DNA of 64,000 bases, from NCBI GenBank assembly GCA_021789935.1, contig JAJYIR010000010.1, positions 3,065 through 67,064 of the forward strand. The letters run 5' to 3'. The DNA is from Nitrospirota bacterium. Lineage in GTDB: Bacteria; Nitrospirota; Thermodesulfovibrionia; Thermodesulfovibrionales; JdFR-88. A model generated the notes under the pieces. The model was not told where the DNA came from, did not search any database, and saw only the letters and a program-made list of their open reading frames with translations. This document shows positions 43,280 through 52,980 of this stretch, piece by piece. The first letter of the stretch is position 1; every line of letters starts with the position of its first letter. The translations under genes were made by a program, and so were the position numbers.

Positions 43280-44931
43280 GATGAAAGCCCTCTTTCAATG
43301 AGTTCTTTTGCGTGCCTTAAAGACGCGTCAGTAAGTTTGCCGCCGAGCATCCTTGCCACCTCTTCCTGCCTGGCGCTGCCCTTGACCTCCGTTATTATAA
43401 CTTTTGTGCCATCCGGGACGGCCTCTTTTTCTATAATGAAATGGATGTCGGCCGCGCCCGCTATCTGGGGCTCGTGCGTAATGCAGAGCACCTGGTGAGA
43501 GGCGGCAAGCTCTTTTAGTTTCTTCGCCACATTCCAGGCCGTTTTCCCCCCGATGCCGGCATCTACCTCATCGAATACCAGCACTGGCACCCCCTTGCTC
43601 CTGAGGGCGCTTTTGATGGCGAGCATCAGCCTGGACAGCTCTCCGCCGGATGCCACCTTATGGAGCGGTCTTAATCCCTCCCCGGGATTGGCGTTAAAGA
43701 GGAACTCTATCCTGTCCGCCCCTCCGGGCCCTGTCTCGCAACTGGAAAATTCTATCATGAACTGGGCCTTTTCAAGGGCCAGCTCCTTCATGTTACGCAT
43801 TATGGCCTTTTCAGCCTCGAGAGCGAATTTTTTCCTTTTGGAAGAAAGGGCCTCCGCTGCGCAGGCCAGTTTTTTCTCTGCCTCTTTCAGTTCTTTTTCA
43901 ATCTTGCCCGCGTTTTCCCCTTCCTCAAGCAGGCCGGCAAGCTCCGACTGGGCCCGTTCCATCCGCCTTATCGCCTCTTCGATCGTGCCGCCGTATTTTT
44001 TCTTCAGCTTTTTTATGACCTCAAGCCTATCTTCCACGTGGGTGAGCCTGTCCGGGTCCGGCTCATAGGAGTCTTTTTTCGATCTCAGGAACATGGCCGC
44101 CTCCTCAAGAAAGGGCAGGGCCTGGGAGATGAATTCAAGTGGCTGCCCGGCGCCGGGATCGATCGAGGCGGCCTCCTCAAGTGATTTTTTCGCGTTGGAG
44201 AGGCCTTCAATGGCCGAGCCGTCGGCCCCGTAAATGAGCGCGTATGCGGACTCCATCAGCTCTCTGAGCCGGACAAGATGAAGGAGTATGTTTTTTTCCT
44301 CTTCAAGCTTCAAGTCTTCACCCTCAATGAGTGAGGCGGAGCCTATTTCTTCTGCCTGGAATGAAAGCAGCTCGCGCCTCCTGTTTTTTTCCTCGGAGCC
44401 GGAGCTGATACCGGAGAGTTTTTCCCTTGCCTCCGCCACCTGGTCGAAAAGAGATGTTACCAGCTTTCTCTCCGCAGCCAGCCCGGCCGCTTCGTCGAGC
44501 ATCTTTAGCTGGTTCTGAGGGGACAGGAGGCTCTGGTGCTCGTGCTGCCCGTGGATGTCCACCAGGTCTCCGCCCAGCTCGGACAGCGTCTGGACTCCTA
44601 TCATGGTGTCGTTCAAAAAGGCCCTGTTCCGGACGGAGGAAGTGGATATGACGCGTCTTAGAACCATTCCACCGCTGTCGCTTTCGATCCCGAGATCTTC
44701 CAGCAGGCGAGGGCTGTCTTCCGTCTCGAAATAGACCTGGACCGTTGCAGATTCGCATCCGGACCTTATCAGCCCGGAGGAGGCCCTGCCGCCAAGGGCA
44801 ATTCCCAGCGCGTCCACTATTATCGATTTCCCGGCGCCTGTCTCGCCGGTAAGCACGGTCAGGCCCCCGGAAAAACAGACCTCCAGGTCTTTGATGATGG
44901 CGAAATCCTTGATCCTGAGTTCACGGATCAT
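43276..44931 (-). CDS. recN: DNA repair protein RecN
   Basis: 551 aa. Walker A GETGAGKS, long coiled coil, and a C-terminal SGGELSR...DEVD SMC-like signature. Confidence 0.9.
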   Translation of the reverse strand: MIRELRIKDFAIIKDLEVCFSGGLTVLTGETGAGKSIIVDALGIALGGRASSGLIRSGCESATVQVYFETEDSPRLLEDLGIESDSGGMVLRRVISTSSVRNRAFLNDTMIGVQTLSELGGDLVDIHGQHEHQSLLSPQNQLKMLDEAAGLAAERKLVTSLFDQVAEAREKLSGISSGSEEKNRRRELLSFQAEEIGSASLIEGEDLKLEEEKNILLHLVRLRELMESAYALIYGADGSAIEGLSNAKKSLEEAASIDPGAGQPLEFISQALPFLEEAAMFLRSKKDSYEPDPDRLTHVEDRLEVIKKLKKKYGGTIEEAIRRMERAQSELAGLLEEGENAGKIEKELKEAEKKLACAAEALSSKRKKFALEAEKAIMRNMKELALEKAQFMIEFSSCETGPGGADRIEFLFNANPGEGLRPLHKVASGGELSRLMLAIKSALRSKGVPVLVFDEVDAGIGGKTAWNVAKKLKELAASHQVLCITHEPQIAGAADIHFIIEKEAVPDGTKVIITEVKGSARQEEVARMLGGKLTDASLRHAKELIERGLSS

Positions 44932-45422
44932 AAAGGCAGTCCGTTAAACACGGGGTGCAGTTTATCATAGGCGGCCAGCAGGTGCTCAGGTATCACGCGG
45001 ACCTCATCCAGGACGGCCATGAAGCTGGAGTCCCCGGTCCAGCGGGGCACTATGTGCATGTGAAGGTGCTCTTCTATGCCTGCCCCCGCGGCCCTGCCCA
45101 TATTGAACCCCGTGTTGAACCCCTCGGGACGCATCACTTTGGACAGGCAGGATATGGAGAGCCTCGTCAGGCGGAACATATCGCAAAGCTCATCGTCCTT
45201 AAGTTCCTCGATATGGGAGGTATGCTTGTAGGGGGCCACCAACAGGTGCCCGCCGTTATAAGGATATTTGTTCATCATGACGAAACACGTGCTTCCGCGG
45301 TAAAGGACGAGGTTCTGCCTGTCATCATTTTTGTTTTTTTTGGGGTATTCGCAAAATATGCACTCTCCCTTTTCAGGTGACAGGATGTACTCGATGCGCC
45401 AGGGTGCCCATAGCTGTTTCAT
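44928..45422 (-). CDS. HIT-family nucleotide hydrolase/phosphorylase
   Basis: 164 aa with the histidine triad HLHMHIVPR and N-terminal LWAPWRIEYI. Confidence 0.8.
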   Translation of the reverse strand: MKQLWAPWRIEYILSPEKGECIFCEYPKKNKNDDRQNLVLYRGSTCFVMMNKYPYNGGHLLVAPYKHTSHIEELKDDELCDMFRLTRLSISCLSKVMRPEGFNTGFNMGRAAGAGIEEHLHMHIVPRWTGDSSFMAVLDEVRVIPEHLLAAYDKLHPVFNGLPL

Positions 45423-46120
45423 GGGGCCTTCATACCCAGAAGCAATAGCACCTGCAAGGCGTCCTCCCAGGTAAGTTTCTTGTCTCCGGGGTTCCTGAGC
45501 AGGTAAGATGGATGAAACGTGGGCATAACCGGAATGCCTTCGAAACTGGAAAACGTGCCGCGGAGTCTGCTTATCTGCACCGTGGTCCCCAGCAGAGTTT
45601 GTGCGGACACCCTTCCAAGGGCCATTATCGCTTCCGGGGAGATTATTCCTATCTGTTTTTTAAGGAAGGGAATGCAGGCGCTTATCTCGTCCTCTTCCGG
45701 GTCCCTGTTGCCCTCCGGCCTGCACTTGGCGATGTTGGCTATGAAGACATCCTCTCTTTTAAGGCCCAGTTTGATTATAAGGTTCGTAAGCAGCTGTCCG
45801 GCCCTGCCGACGAACGGCCGTCCCAGTTTGTCCTCCTCCCCGCCTGGGGCCTCACCTATGAACATGAGTCTTGCCGAGGGGTTTCCCTCACCGAAGACTA
45901 TGTTTGTCCTGCCAGCCGAAAGCTTGCACCCGGTGCAGCCCTCTATTTCCTCACGGAACAGTTTTTCAAGCGCGGCGCCCTTTTCCCCCGCGGACAATTC
46001 CTGTTTTTTTGATGGCCTCTTTATTTCAGCGCCCGCCTTTAGCGGGACCTCCAAAATGCCCATCGCCCTGTAAAATTCAAACACATGTTTTATGTCAACC
46101 TTGCTTACCGGCTCCCCCAT
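45419..46120 (-). CDS. Uracil-DNA glycosylase, family 4
   Basis: 233 aa. GEAPGGEED motif, CxxC region and C-terminal HPSYLLRN. Confidence 0.85.
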   Translation of the reverse strand: MGEPVSKVDIKHVFEFYRAMGILEVPLKAGAEIKRPSKKQELSAGEKGAALEKLFREEIEGCTGCKLSAGRTNIVFGEGNPSARLMFIGEAPGGEEDKLGRPFVGRAGQLLTNLIIKLGLKREDVFIANIAKCRPEGNRDPEEDEISACIPFLKKQIGIISPEAIMALGRVSAQTLLGTTVQISRLRGTFSSFEGIPVMPTFHPSYLLRNPGDKKLTWEDALQVLLLLGMKAP

Positions 46121-46956
46121 CTCAATTTCTCCCTTAATACCTGAAAATAATTCCGCTCAAAAGGCATAAGCAGCTTTGTTTTATATGGGGACTTCATTAC
46201 CTTTACCACGTCCTGTTCCCTCAGGGTAATGCCAACTTGCCCATCCATCGTGAGAAATACCTCGGCGTTCCTTGTCACCGGTATGATCTCTATCTCAACC
46301 TCCTGGGGCAGCACTATCGGCCTCATGGTAAGAGAGTGAGAGCAGATGGGGGTAAGCACAATGCCGGGGACGGCCGGATGGAGCACCGGCCCCCCCGCAG
46401 ACAGGCAATAGGCGGTGGAACCCGTGGGTGTCGAGGCGATAAGTCCGTCGGCCCTGAACGTGGTCAGATGCGCCTTGTTGACGTATGCCTCTATGTCTAT
46501 TATTCTTGAGGTTGATCCCTTGTTTACGACCACGTCGTTTAAAACCGTGTATTCCGCTATGACCTCGCCGTACCTGTGAACGCTGGTCCCGAGCATCATA
46601 CGCTCTTCGTATGGGCAGTCTTCCGATAAGGCTTTCCCAATCGCCTCATACAGCCGGTCTCCGCCTGCTTCAGTTATGAACCCCAGCCCGCCCATGTTAA
46701 TGCCGAGTATGGGCACTCCCTTTGCGCAGACCAGCCTCGCGACCGATAGTATCGTCCCGTCCCCGCCCAGGGTCACGATGAGGTCTGCGGCCTGTGCGAT
46801 GTCCGCCCGCGGATGACCGGGCATCTTCAGCGCCTTTGCCGGCCCCGACTCCACCAAAGGCTCAAACCCTTTCTCAATGAGCCATGGAACGAGCCCTTCA
46901 ATTACCTCTACGGGCCCGCTGATTCCGTCTTTGGCTATTATTCCAATCTTTCTCAT
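46105..46956 (-). CDS. nadK: NAD kinase
   Basis: 283 aa with GGDGT (TLGGDGTILS) and the NAD-kinase C-terminal beta domain. Confidence 0.85.
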   Translation of the reverse strand: MRKIGIIAKDGISGPVEVIEGLVPWLIEKGFEPLVESGPAKALKMPGHPRADIAQAADLIVTLGGDGTILSVARLVCAKGVPILGINMGGLGFITEAGGDRLYEAIGKALSEDCPYEERMMLGTSVHRYGEVIAEYTVLNDVVVNKGSTSRIIDIEAYVNKAHLTTFRADGLIASTPTGSTAYCLSAGGPVLHPAVPGIVLTPICSHSLTMRPIVLPQEVEIEIIPVTRNAEVFLTMDGQVGITLREQDVVKVMKSPYKTKLLMPFERNYFQVLREKLRWGSR

Positions 46957-47359
46957 CGATGCCCTCTATTATAATCTCTCTTGGCCCTTCCCGGGCAACG
47001 GGAGTCCCGCGGGTCACCGTAATGCTCACCCGGATGCCTATATGATCATGGGGCTCCAGTCTTTCCGCCCACTCCATGACCGCGATGCCGTCCCTGCCGG
47101 GGTACTCCTCTATGCCGATATCTTCCGCGTCACCGGCGTTCTCCAGCCTGTAGAGGTCTATATGATAAAATGGGATTTTACCCGCGCTTTCGTGCTCCGC
47201 GACGATAGTGAAGCTTGCGCTTGTAATATCGCCGGCCGGTATTCCCAGCGCCAGGGCCACGCCCTTTACGAAAACGGTCTTGCCGCTTCCGAGCTCACCG
47301 TGCAAATACACGGTGTCGCCGGGTTTAAGAAGGCCTCCAAGCCTTCTGCCGGCGGCCAT
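46898..47359 (-). CDS. tsaE: tRNA t6A biosynthesis ATPase TsaE
   Basis: 153 aa with the P-loop GELGSGKT and a HIDLYRL block. The 3' end overlaps nadK by 59 nt. Confidence 0.8.
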   Translation of the reverse strand: MAAGRRLGGLLKPGDTVYLHGELGSGKTVFVKGVALALGIPAGDITSASFTIVAEHESAGKIPFYHIDLYRLENAGDAEDIGIEEYPGRDGIAVMEWAERLEPHDHIGIRVSITVTRGTPVAREGPREIIIEGIDEKDWNNSQRRNQRARRGN

Positions 47360-47482
47360 TGTCTCATTTGGAGATCCGGATATGAGCCTTATGATGACGG
47401 CCTCCGATCACTTGCACGCTGCCGGAAAGAAAAAATAAAAATCCCCATCCGTCCACCCCGCCAGCCCCTTTTTTATTTTATT

Positions 47483-47941
47483 TTATTCGCCGGCGGGCAG
47501 CGCGGCTTTTATTATCTCATGCCTGCCTATGATGCCAAGGAGTTTTTTCCCCTTGACGACCGGAACGATATGGACCCTTTTTTCGGTCATTATCGTGGCC
47601 ACATCCTCCATCTGGGCCTCTCCACCGACGGAGATCACTTCCCTGGTGCATATTTCGTCGACCGTGCGGGCGGACATCTTCCTCAGCTCCTCTTTTATCA
47701 GCGAAGGCGGCTCCAGGGCTATGTAGGCGTCGAAGAGCCTGAGGAGGGTGGGTATATGGAGCCTCTTGTCCTGGGCAACCAGATCATTTTCAGTCACCAT
47801 GCCGCGGATATCTCCGCTTTCATTAACAACAGGGGCCCCGCTTATGTTTTTTTCGATAAAAAGCCTTCCAAGCTCCTCCACCGTCATATCCGGCGAGACC
47901 GAGATAACGTCACGTTTCATTATGTCCCTGGCCAGAGGCAT
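47483..47941 (-). CDS. Stand-alone CBS-pair protein
   Basis: 152 aa, two CBS repeats (ISGAPVVNESGDIRGMVTENDLV; VHIVPVVKGKKLLGIIGRHEII). Confidence 0.75.
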   Translation of the reverse strand: MPLARDIMKRDVISVSPDMTVEELGRLFIEKNISGAPVVNESGDIRGMVTENDLVAQDKRLHIPTLLRLFDAYIALEPPSLIKEELRKMSARTVDEICTREVISVGGEAQMEDVATIMTEKRVHIVPVVKGKKLLGIIGRHEIIKAALPAGE

Positions 47942-48008
47942 TTCTTTTTTGTCCCTTCTGGAGAAATTTTTCTCTGTTTTTCTTATTTTTATTTTATTTG
48001 ACCTTTTT

Positions 48009-48779
48009 TCAGGAATGCCTGATTATGAAGCCCCCCTGTCTTCCAGGCGCTTTTGAGCCTAAACGAAACTCCCTTCTGTAGGAATTGAACTTTTCGGGCA
48101 GGCAGGAGGTGCACATCCCGGAAAGCCATATATTTTCCGCCTTTACGCCGCAGGCCATGGCCTGCTGCCTGTTTGCCTCCGGGAGGTCTATGTATGCCTT
48201 CGGTCCCTTTACCGGGTGCTCCAGAAAAATTCCGCCGGTCATGTTTTTTTTATTTTTACCGGCCCCTGTCGAGGCCTCTATCTGTTTCAGGACGTCCAGG
48301 TCCACCTCATAACAGCACTTCCTGATTGCCGGGCCGATGGCAATCCTTATATCCCGGGAGCGGCTCCCGAATGCAGCTATCATCTTTTCAATTGTATTTG
48401 CAAGAATGCCTTTTGCCGTCCCCCTCCAACCTGCGTGGACCGCCCCTATTACGCCTGTTTTTTCATCGTAAAGAAGTGCCGGGACGCAGTCTGCCACCAT
48501 GATGCCCAGCGCCACGCCGGTTTTGGCAGTGATGACCGCATCGGCCTCCGGAGGGGGGGGGATTGCGGCCTCATCGTCCGTGCAGTCCTCATAGACAATA
48601 ACATCGCTTGTGTGCTTTTGCACGGGCATGAACAGCTTGCAAGGGGATGCCTCAAGCTCGCGGCAGACCGCCTCCCTGTCCACGCCGGGTATTTTCCCCG
48701 TGAAAAAGGCGCGGACCTTCCCGCCTGGGAAAGGGAAAAATATTTCGGGATATAGAAACAGGCCCTCTCTCTCTGTCAT
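48009..48779 (-). CDS. pgeF: PgeF/YfiH-family (polyphenol oxidase-like / purine nucleoside enzyme) protein
   Basis: 256 aa. QKHTSDV, ADCVP and HAGWRG motif blocks of the YfiH/DUF152 family. Confidence 0.8.
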   Translation of the reverse strand: MTEREGLFLYPEIFFPFPGGKVRAFFTGKIPGVDREAVCRELEASPCKLFMPVQKHTSDVIVYEDCTDDEAAIPPPPEADAVITAKTGVALGIMVADCVPALLYDEKTGVIGAVHAGWRGTAKGILANTIEKMIAAFGSRSRDIRIAIGPAIRKCCYEVDLDVLKQIEASTGAGKNKKNMTGGIFLEHPVKGPKAYIDLPEANRQQAMACGVKAENIWLSGMCTSCLPEKFNSYRREFRLGSKAPGRQGGFIIRHS

Positions 48780-50353
48780 TCCCCGGATTTTTCCCCCTCA
48801 CTCTTTAAGCTGAGCAAGGCTTCTCCAATCGTATTGTGCATGTCGGAGGCGAGCATGGAGTGAAGACCGTAACGGACCCCGGCCAATTCGCCTGCAAGCC
48901 CGTGTACGTAAACGCCAAGCACGGCAGCCTCTTCCGGAGGAAGTCCCTGCGCAAGGAGCCCCGCTATCATCCCGGTCAGCACGTCCCCGGTCCCGGCCTT
49001 TGCCATTCCAGGCGTGCCTGTGGGATTTATGAAGGTTTTGCCTTCTGGAGAGGCTATTACGGTGCGCGCGCCTTTCAGTACGACGCATGCCCCGGTTTCC
49101 GTTGAGAGGGAAAGGGCCGCTCCGAGCCTGTCTTTTTCGATATCGGCCGCTTTTTTGCCGATAAGCCTTCCCATCTCGCCCGGATGAGGTGTTATGATTA
49201 CGGGCGACTTTGCCTGGGCCAACGGACGGCAGTCTCCATTCAAAGAGTTAAGGGCATCCGCATCCAGCACCATCGGCGCGGGGCAGGCCCTGATAATGTC
49301 CGGCAAAAGTTTTTTGGTGTCCCCGGTGACGCCAAGACCCGGGCCGGCGGCAAGCACGTCCGCATGCTCATGTATGAAAGAAAATATCAGTTCCCCGGCC
49401 TTGACCGAAAGAGAACCTGAATTTGAGGGAAGCGGGAGCGTCATCTCATCGGTTACCCTTGACTGGAAAACATCCGCAACCTCACCTGGGATGCCAAGGG
49501 TCACAAGCCCTGCTCCTGTTTTAAGAGCTGCCCTTGCGCAAAGGATGGCGGCCCCGGTTTTACCCCTGGAGCCGGCCAGGGCAAGTACATGGCCGAACGT
49601 CTGTTTATACGAAAAGGCCGGCCTTTCGGGGATAAGCTGCGCCGCCTGCCTTTTTTCAATGAGCTCGCATAAAAGGTCATCTCCGGTCAAAAGCTCAATA
49701 GGAAAACCTATGTCCTCGACGAAAAGCCTCCCCGAATACTCTGCCCCCGGATATAAAATATGCCCCCTTTTAGGCAGGCCGAATGTCACCGTATAGCCGG
49801 CCCTTACGGCAATGCCCATCACGCGGCCATCATCGGAGGATATGCCCGTTGGTATGTCCACTGCCACTACTTCTTCGCCAAAGCGGTTGACGTCCTCCAC
49901 AACCTGGTTTAATTTCCCAGAAACTTCTTTGCTCAGGCCTGTGCCCAGGATGGCGTCCACCACGATGGCGGCATGAAAATCCGCACGCGAGGGAGGGGTG
50001 CTGACTATGGTCACGCCGAACTTTTTTGCGGTCTCAAGCTGCGCCTTGCAATCAGGACTGGCCTTTTGCGGCGCCTGCAGAAAATGGACTTTTACATTCC
50101 AGCCCTCATTTTTAAGCAGTCTTGCGACCACAAGGCCGTCTCCGCCGTTATTGCCCCCTCCGGCAAGGACGATGGTTTTCTGTTTTCTTTGATTTCCTTG
50201 ATTTTTTTGATTTTTTGGCGACTGGACCAGCTCTTTTATCCTGCGGACAACCGAAAGCCCGGCCCGCTCCATAAGCACGGGGCCTGACAGGCCATATTGG
50301 GTTATAGTGCGCGCGTCTATGGCGCGCATCTGGCTGGAGTCCACCACTTTCAT
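48776..50353 (-). CDS. nnr: Bifunctional NAD(P)H-hydrate repair enzyme Nnr (epimerase/dehydratase)
   Basis: 525 aa. YjeF_N GGGNNGGDG motif plus a C-terminal carbohydrate-kinase-like domain (GTGDVLTG). Contains an N/Q/K low-complexity insertion (SPKNQKNQGNQRKQK). Confidence 0.85.
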   Translation of the reverse strand: MKVVDSSQMRAIDARTITQYGLSGPVLMERAGLSVVRRIKELVQSPKNQKNQGNQRKQKTIVLAGGGNNGGDGLVVARLLKNEGWNVKVHFLQAPQKASPDCKAQLETAKKFGVTIVSTPPSRADFHAAIVVDAILGTGLSKEVSGKLNQVVEDVNRFGEEVVAVDIPTGISSDDGRVMGIAVRAGYTVTFGLPKRGHILYPGAEYSGRLFVEDIGFPIELLTGDDLLCELIEKRQAAQLIPERPAFSYKQTFGHVLALAGSRGKTGAAILCARAALKTGAGLVTLGIPGEVADVFQSRVTDEMTLPLPSNSGSLSVKAGELIFSFIHEHADVLAAGPGLGVTGDTKKLLPDIIRACPAPMVLDADALNSLNGDCRPLAQAKSPVIITPHPGEMGRLIGKKAADIEKDRLGAALSLSTETGACVVLKGARTVIASPEGKTFINPTGTPGMAKAGTGDVLTGMIAGLLAQGLPPEEAAVLGVYVHGLAGELAGVRYGLHSMLASDMHNTIGEALLSLKSEGEKSGE

Positions 50354-50430
50354 GGCTTAGATTATACCATTAGTGGAATTCCGGACCCCCGCCCCTTTTT
50401 GTTCATACGGGCCTCGCCAGCTTGAGTGTT

Positions 50431-51198
50431 TTACGGGATATGTAATTCGTCCAGCATGCCGTAAAACGCTTTAAGGGAGACCGAACCGGCGGGCAGTTCC
50501 AGCACCGCCTTTCCCTGCATATCGTACTGTAAAAGTGTTTTGTCCTCGGGGACCATTCCTGATACCCTCACCCCAAGCTCGCTTGCCGCGGCCATAATAC
50601 TTTCTTCCTGGCCCTCAGGCGCCCTGTTTATGATGAAAAGCCTTTTGTCCACGTCAAGCTTTAGCTCATCCACCAGGGCGTCGATCCTCTTTGCCGTGAG
50701 GATGCCCTTCTTTGAAGCGTCGCTTATAACAAGCAGCAAGTCCACTTTATGCGTGGTCTTCCTGCTTAGATGCTCCATCCCCGCCTCGTTGTCTATTACA
50801 ACGTACGGGTAGTCATCGGAGAGCTTGTCGGTGTATTTCCTGATTATATTGTTGGCGGCGCAATAACAGCCGGGGCCCTCCGGGCGGCCCATCACGAGCA
50901 GGTCAAACCCCTTGGCCTCGATGATGGACTGATTCACCTGGTAATCGAAAAGCTCCTCCATGCTCATGCCGCCGGGCCTTGAGCCCCCGCTCCGGACTGC
51001 CGAAAGGGATTCTTCCCTCAGCTTTCCGATTGTGGCGTGCGCCTCCACCCCAAGGGCCTCGTTAAGGCAGGAGTTGCTGTCCGCGTCCACGGCAAGGACG
51101 GGGCCCTTCTTTTTTTCAATGAGGTAGCGGATCGCCATTCCGGCCAGGCTGGTCTTTCCTGTGCCGCCTTTTCCCGCAAAACCGATGACATATGACAT
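50431..51198 (-). CDS. cooC: CooC/AcsF-type nickel-insertion ATPase for CODH/ACS
   Basis: 255 aa. Deviant Walker A GKGGTGKT and the Ni-binding CxC motif (GPGCYCAANN). Confidence 0.75.
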   Translation of the reverse strand: MSYVIGFAGKGGTGKTSLAGMAIRYLIEKKKGPVLAVDADSNSCLNEALGVEAHATIGKLREESLSAVRSGGSRPGGMSMEELFDYQVNQSIIEAKGFDLLVMGRPEGPGCYCAANNIIRKYTDKLSDDYPYVVIDNEAGMEHLSRKTTHKVDLLLVISDASKKGILTAKRIDALVDELKLDVDKRLFIINRAPEGQEESIMAAASELGVRVSGMVPEDKTLLQYDMQGKAVLELPAGSVSLKAFYGMLDELHIP

Positions 51199-51255
51199 CT
51201 ATTTACATGCTCCTTTTTTCCGTGAGTTGATCTTTTTTATTGTATCACTTTTTTC

Positions 51256-51376
51256 GGCCCTTCATGGTTCAGTGTGGGTCAAAATAGTTTTTCCTCCCTG
51301 AGGAAGATGGCAGGGGCAAAAAGGTTTGAGAGGGCGTGGATGGCTGTTATCTCCTCTCCCTTGAGGGGAGAGGCAG
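51256..51376 (+). repeat. Dispersed ~117-nt intergenic repeat, copy B
   Basis: See copy A (31700-31816). Lies between the cooC start and the thyX stop. Confidence 0.65.
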
Positions 51377-51495
51377 TACAGCAATGCGTAAGTAAAGTCG
51401 TGATGCTCTGCGGCGCTATGCGGCCATAATGCTAAGCTAATTGAGCACCCATGAGTTTCTCTGTTTGTATTTCAAAAATCAGGGAAGTCAGGTCC

Positions 51496-52221
51496 TCAAA
51501 TTCTTTTGAAATATTCCCGGACTTCTTCGATTTTTCCGCAACTATATTCTCCTTCCGGGCAGGTTCCCTTCAGGCAGCCCGGTCCTGCTTTTGAGAATAT
51601 TGTTGGAGCTATGCCTTTTACGAGTTTGAGCATCTCAATGGCCATGGCCCTGATTTCCCACTGTGCCCGATTGCAGCATCTTTGTCTGAAGAAATGAAGC
51701 AGCTCACGGGCATTCATGGAAATCATAATTTTTGTCTCGCAGGCATTGGGGAGAACAAACCTGGCATCCTGGTTGGCAGCTTCCCCTTTAACGCCCTTTT
51801 CATTTAATTTCTTAACCATGTGGTTATAGGCTTGCTGGGCCTTCGACATAAAATCTTCGAAATATCGCTCCAGCTCTCTATCGCCTTTAATCGTTGGCGG
51901 GATCACATAATCAAAACCCGTTTCTTCGCTCACATATCTCTGAGACTGCTGAGAGAAACTGGCTAATCGATGCCTGACCAACTGATGGGAGCAAGCTCTT
52001 GAAATGCCTTCCGCAACAAAGGTAAAAGAAGCATGTTCGATAGGGCTCATGTGTCCCATATTAGCCAATTTCTGTACGAATGCCTTTTGGTCCCTGGCCT
52101 CGATTTTTTCCTTAAGAGATTCGATATCCGAAGGGCTGTAACACAACTTTGCGGCCATTGCGACGGTTTCTTCCGGATCGGGGGTATGTTTTAACAGTAT
52201 GACTTTCAGTTTTGATTCCAT
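51496..52221 (-). CDS. thyX: FAD-dependent thymidylate synthase ThyX
   Basis: 241 aa with the ThyX motif RHRLASFSQQSQRY. Confidence 0.85.
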   Translation of the reverse strand: MESKLKVILLKHTPDPEETVAMAAKLCYSPSDIESLKEKIEARDQKAFVQKLANMGHMSPIEHASFTFVAEGISRACSHQLVRHRLASFSQQSQRYVSEETGFDYVIPPTIKGDRELERYFEDFMSKAQQAYNHMVKKLNEKGVKGEAANQDARFVLPNACETKIMISMNARELLHFFRQRCCNRAQWEIRAMAIEMLKLVKGIAPTIFSKAGPGCLKGTCPEGEYSCGKIEEVREYFKRI

Positions 52222-52388
52222 GTCTGATGCTCTCCTTTTACAGCAAGCATGATGGCCATAACATGATTAATTAGCCATTGAATTTTAGCATAATTGATTG
52301 ATCAGTAAGAATGGATACCAGGGCCTCCTTGACTTCCGCCCCGCTTTTTTTTATTTTTATTCATCATATTTGACCACTGGAGGAGAGG

Positions 52389-52922
52389 ATGCCCATAAAA
52401 TCAAGGATCAGGACCATACCCGATTATCCCAAAAAGGGGATAATGTTCAGGGACATAACCACGCTGATAAAAGATCCGGTGGGCTTCAAGCTGGTAATAG
52501 ACGGACTTACCCAGAGATATATAGGGCAAACCGGCAAGTTTGACCTCGTTGCCGGCATTGAATCCAGGGGGTTTATATTAGGGGGCGCTCTGGCCTACAC
52601 CCTGGGCAAGGGTTTTGTCCCCATAAGGAAGAAGGGAAAACTTCCGGGCGAAAAGGTCTGCCAGGAGTACCAGCTTGAATACGGCTCGGACAGCATGGAG
52701 ATCCACAAGGACGCCATAGTAAAAGCCCAGAAGGTCCTTCTTATAGACGACCTTCTGGCCACTGGAGGAACGGCCCTGGCCGCGGCCGCCCTTATAGAGA
52801 AGCTGGGGGGCGAAGTCTTTGAAACGGCCTTTATAGTGAACCTGCCGGACGTGGGCGGGGAAAAGCGCCTGAAGGCAAGGCATTATGGCGTGTTTGCCCT
52901 TACCGGCTTCGAAGGTGATTAG
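52389..52922 (+). CDS. apt: Adenine phosphoribosyltransferase
   Basis: 177 aa. PRPP-binding motif VLLIDDLLATGGT and N-terminal IPDYPKKGIMFRDIT. Confidence 0.9.
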   Translation: MPIKSRIRTIPDYPKKGIMFRDITTLIKDPVGFKLVIDGLTQRYIGQTGKFDLVAGIESRGFILGGALAYTLGKGFVPIRKKGKLPGEKVCQEYQLEYGSDSMEIHKDAIVKAQKVLLIDDLLATGGTALAAAALIEKLGGEVFETAFIVNLPDVGGEKRLKARHYGVFALTGFEGD

Positions 52923-52926
52923 AAAA

Positions 52927-52969
52927 AACCTGTCTCAAAACCGCTTGAAAATCGATTTTGAGACAGGTT
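52927..52969. terminator. Bidirectional intrinsic terminator between convergent apt and a lipoprotein gene
   Basis: Perfect 14-bp stem AACCTGTCTCAAAA / TTTTGAGACAGGTT with a 15-nt loop. A-run on the 5' side and T-rich sequence on the 3' side. Confidence 0.65.
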
Positions 52970-52980
52970 CCGGTATATTT

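Noticed and set aside
46877-48001. 374-aa ORF on the plus strand
   Set aside because: Antisense to nadK, tsaE and the CBS-pair gene, all of which have clear family signatures. The ORF has none.
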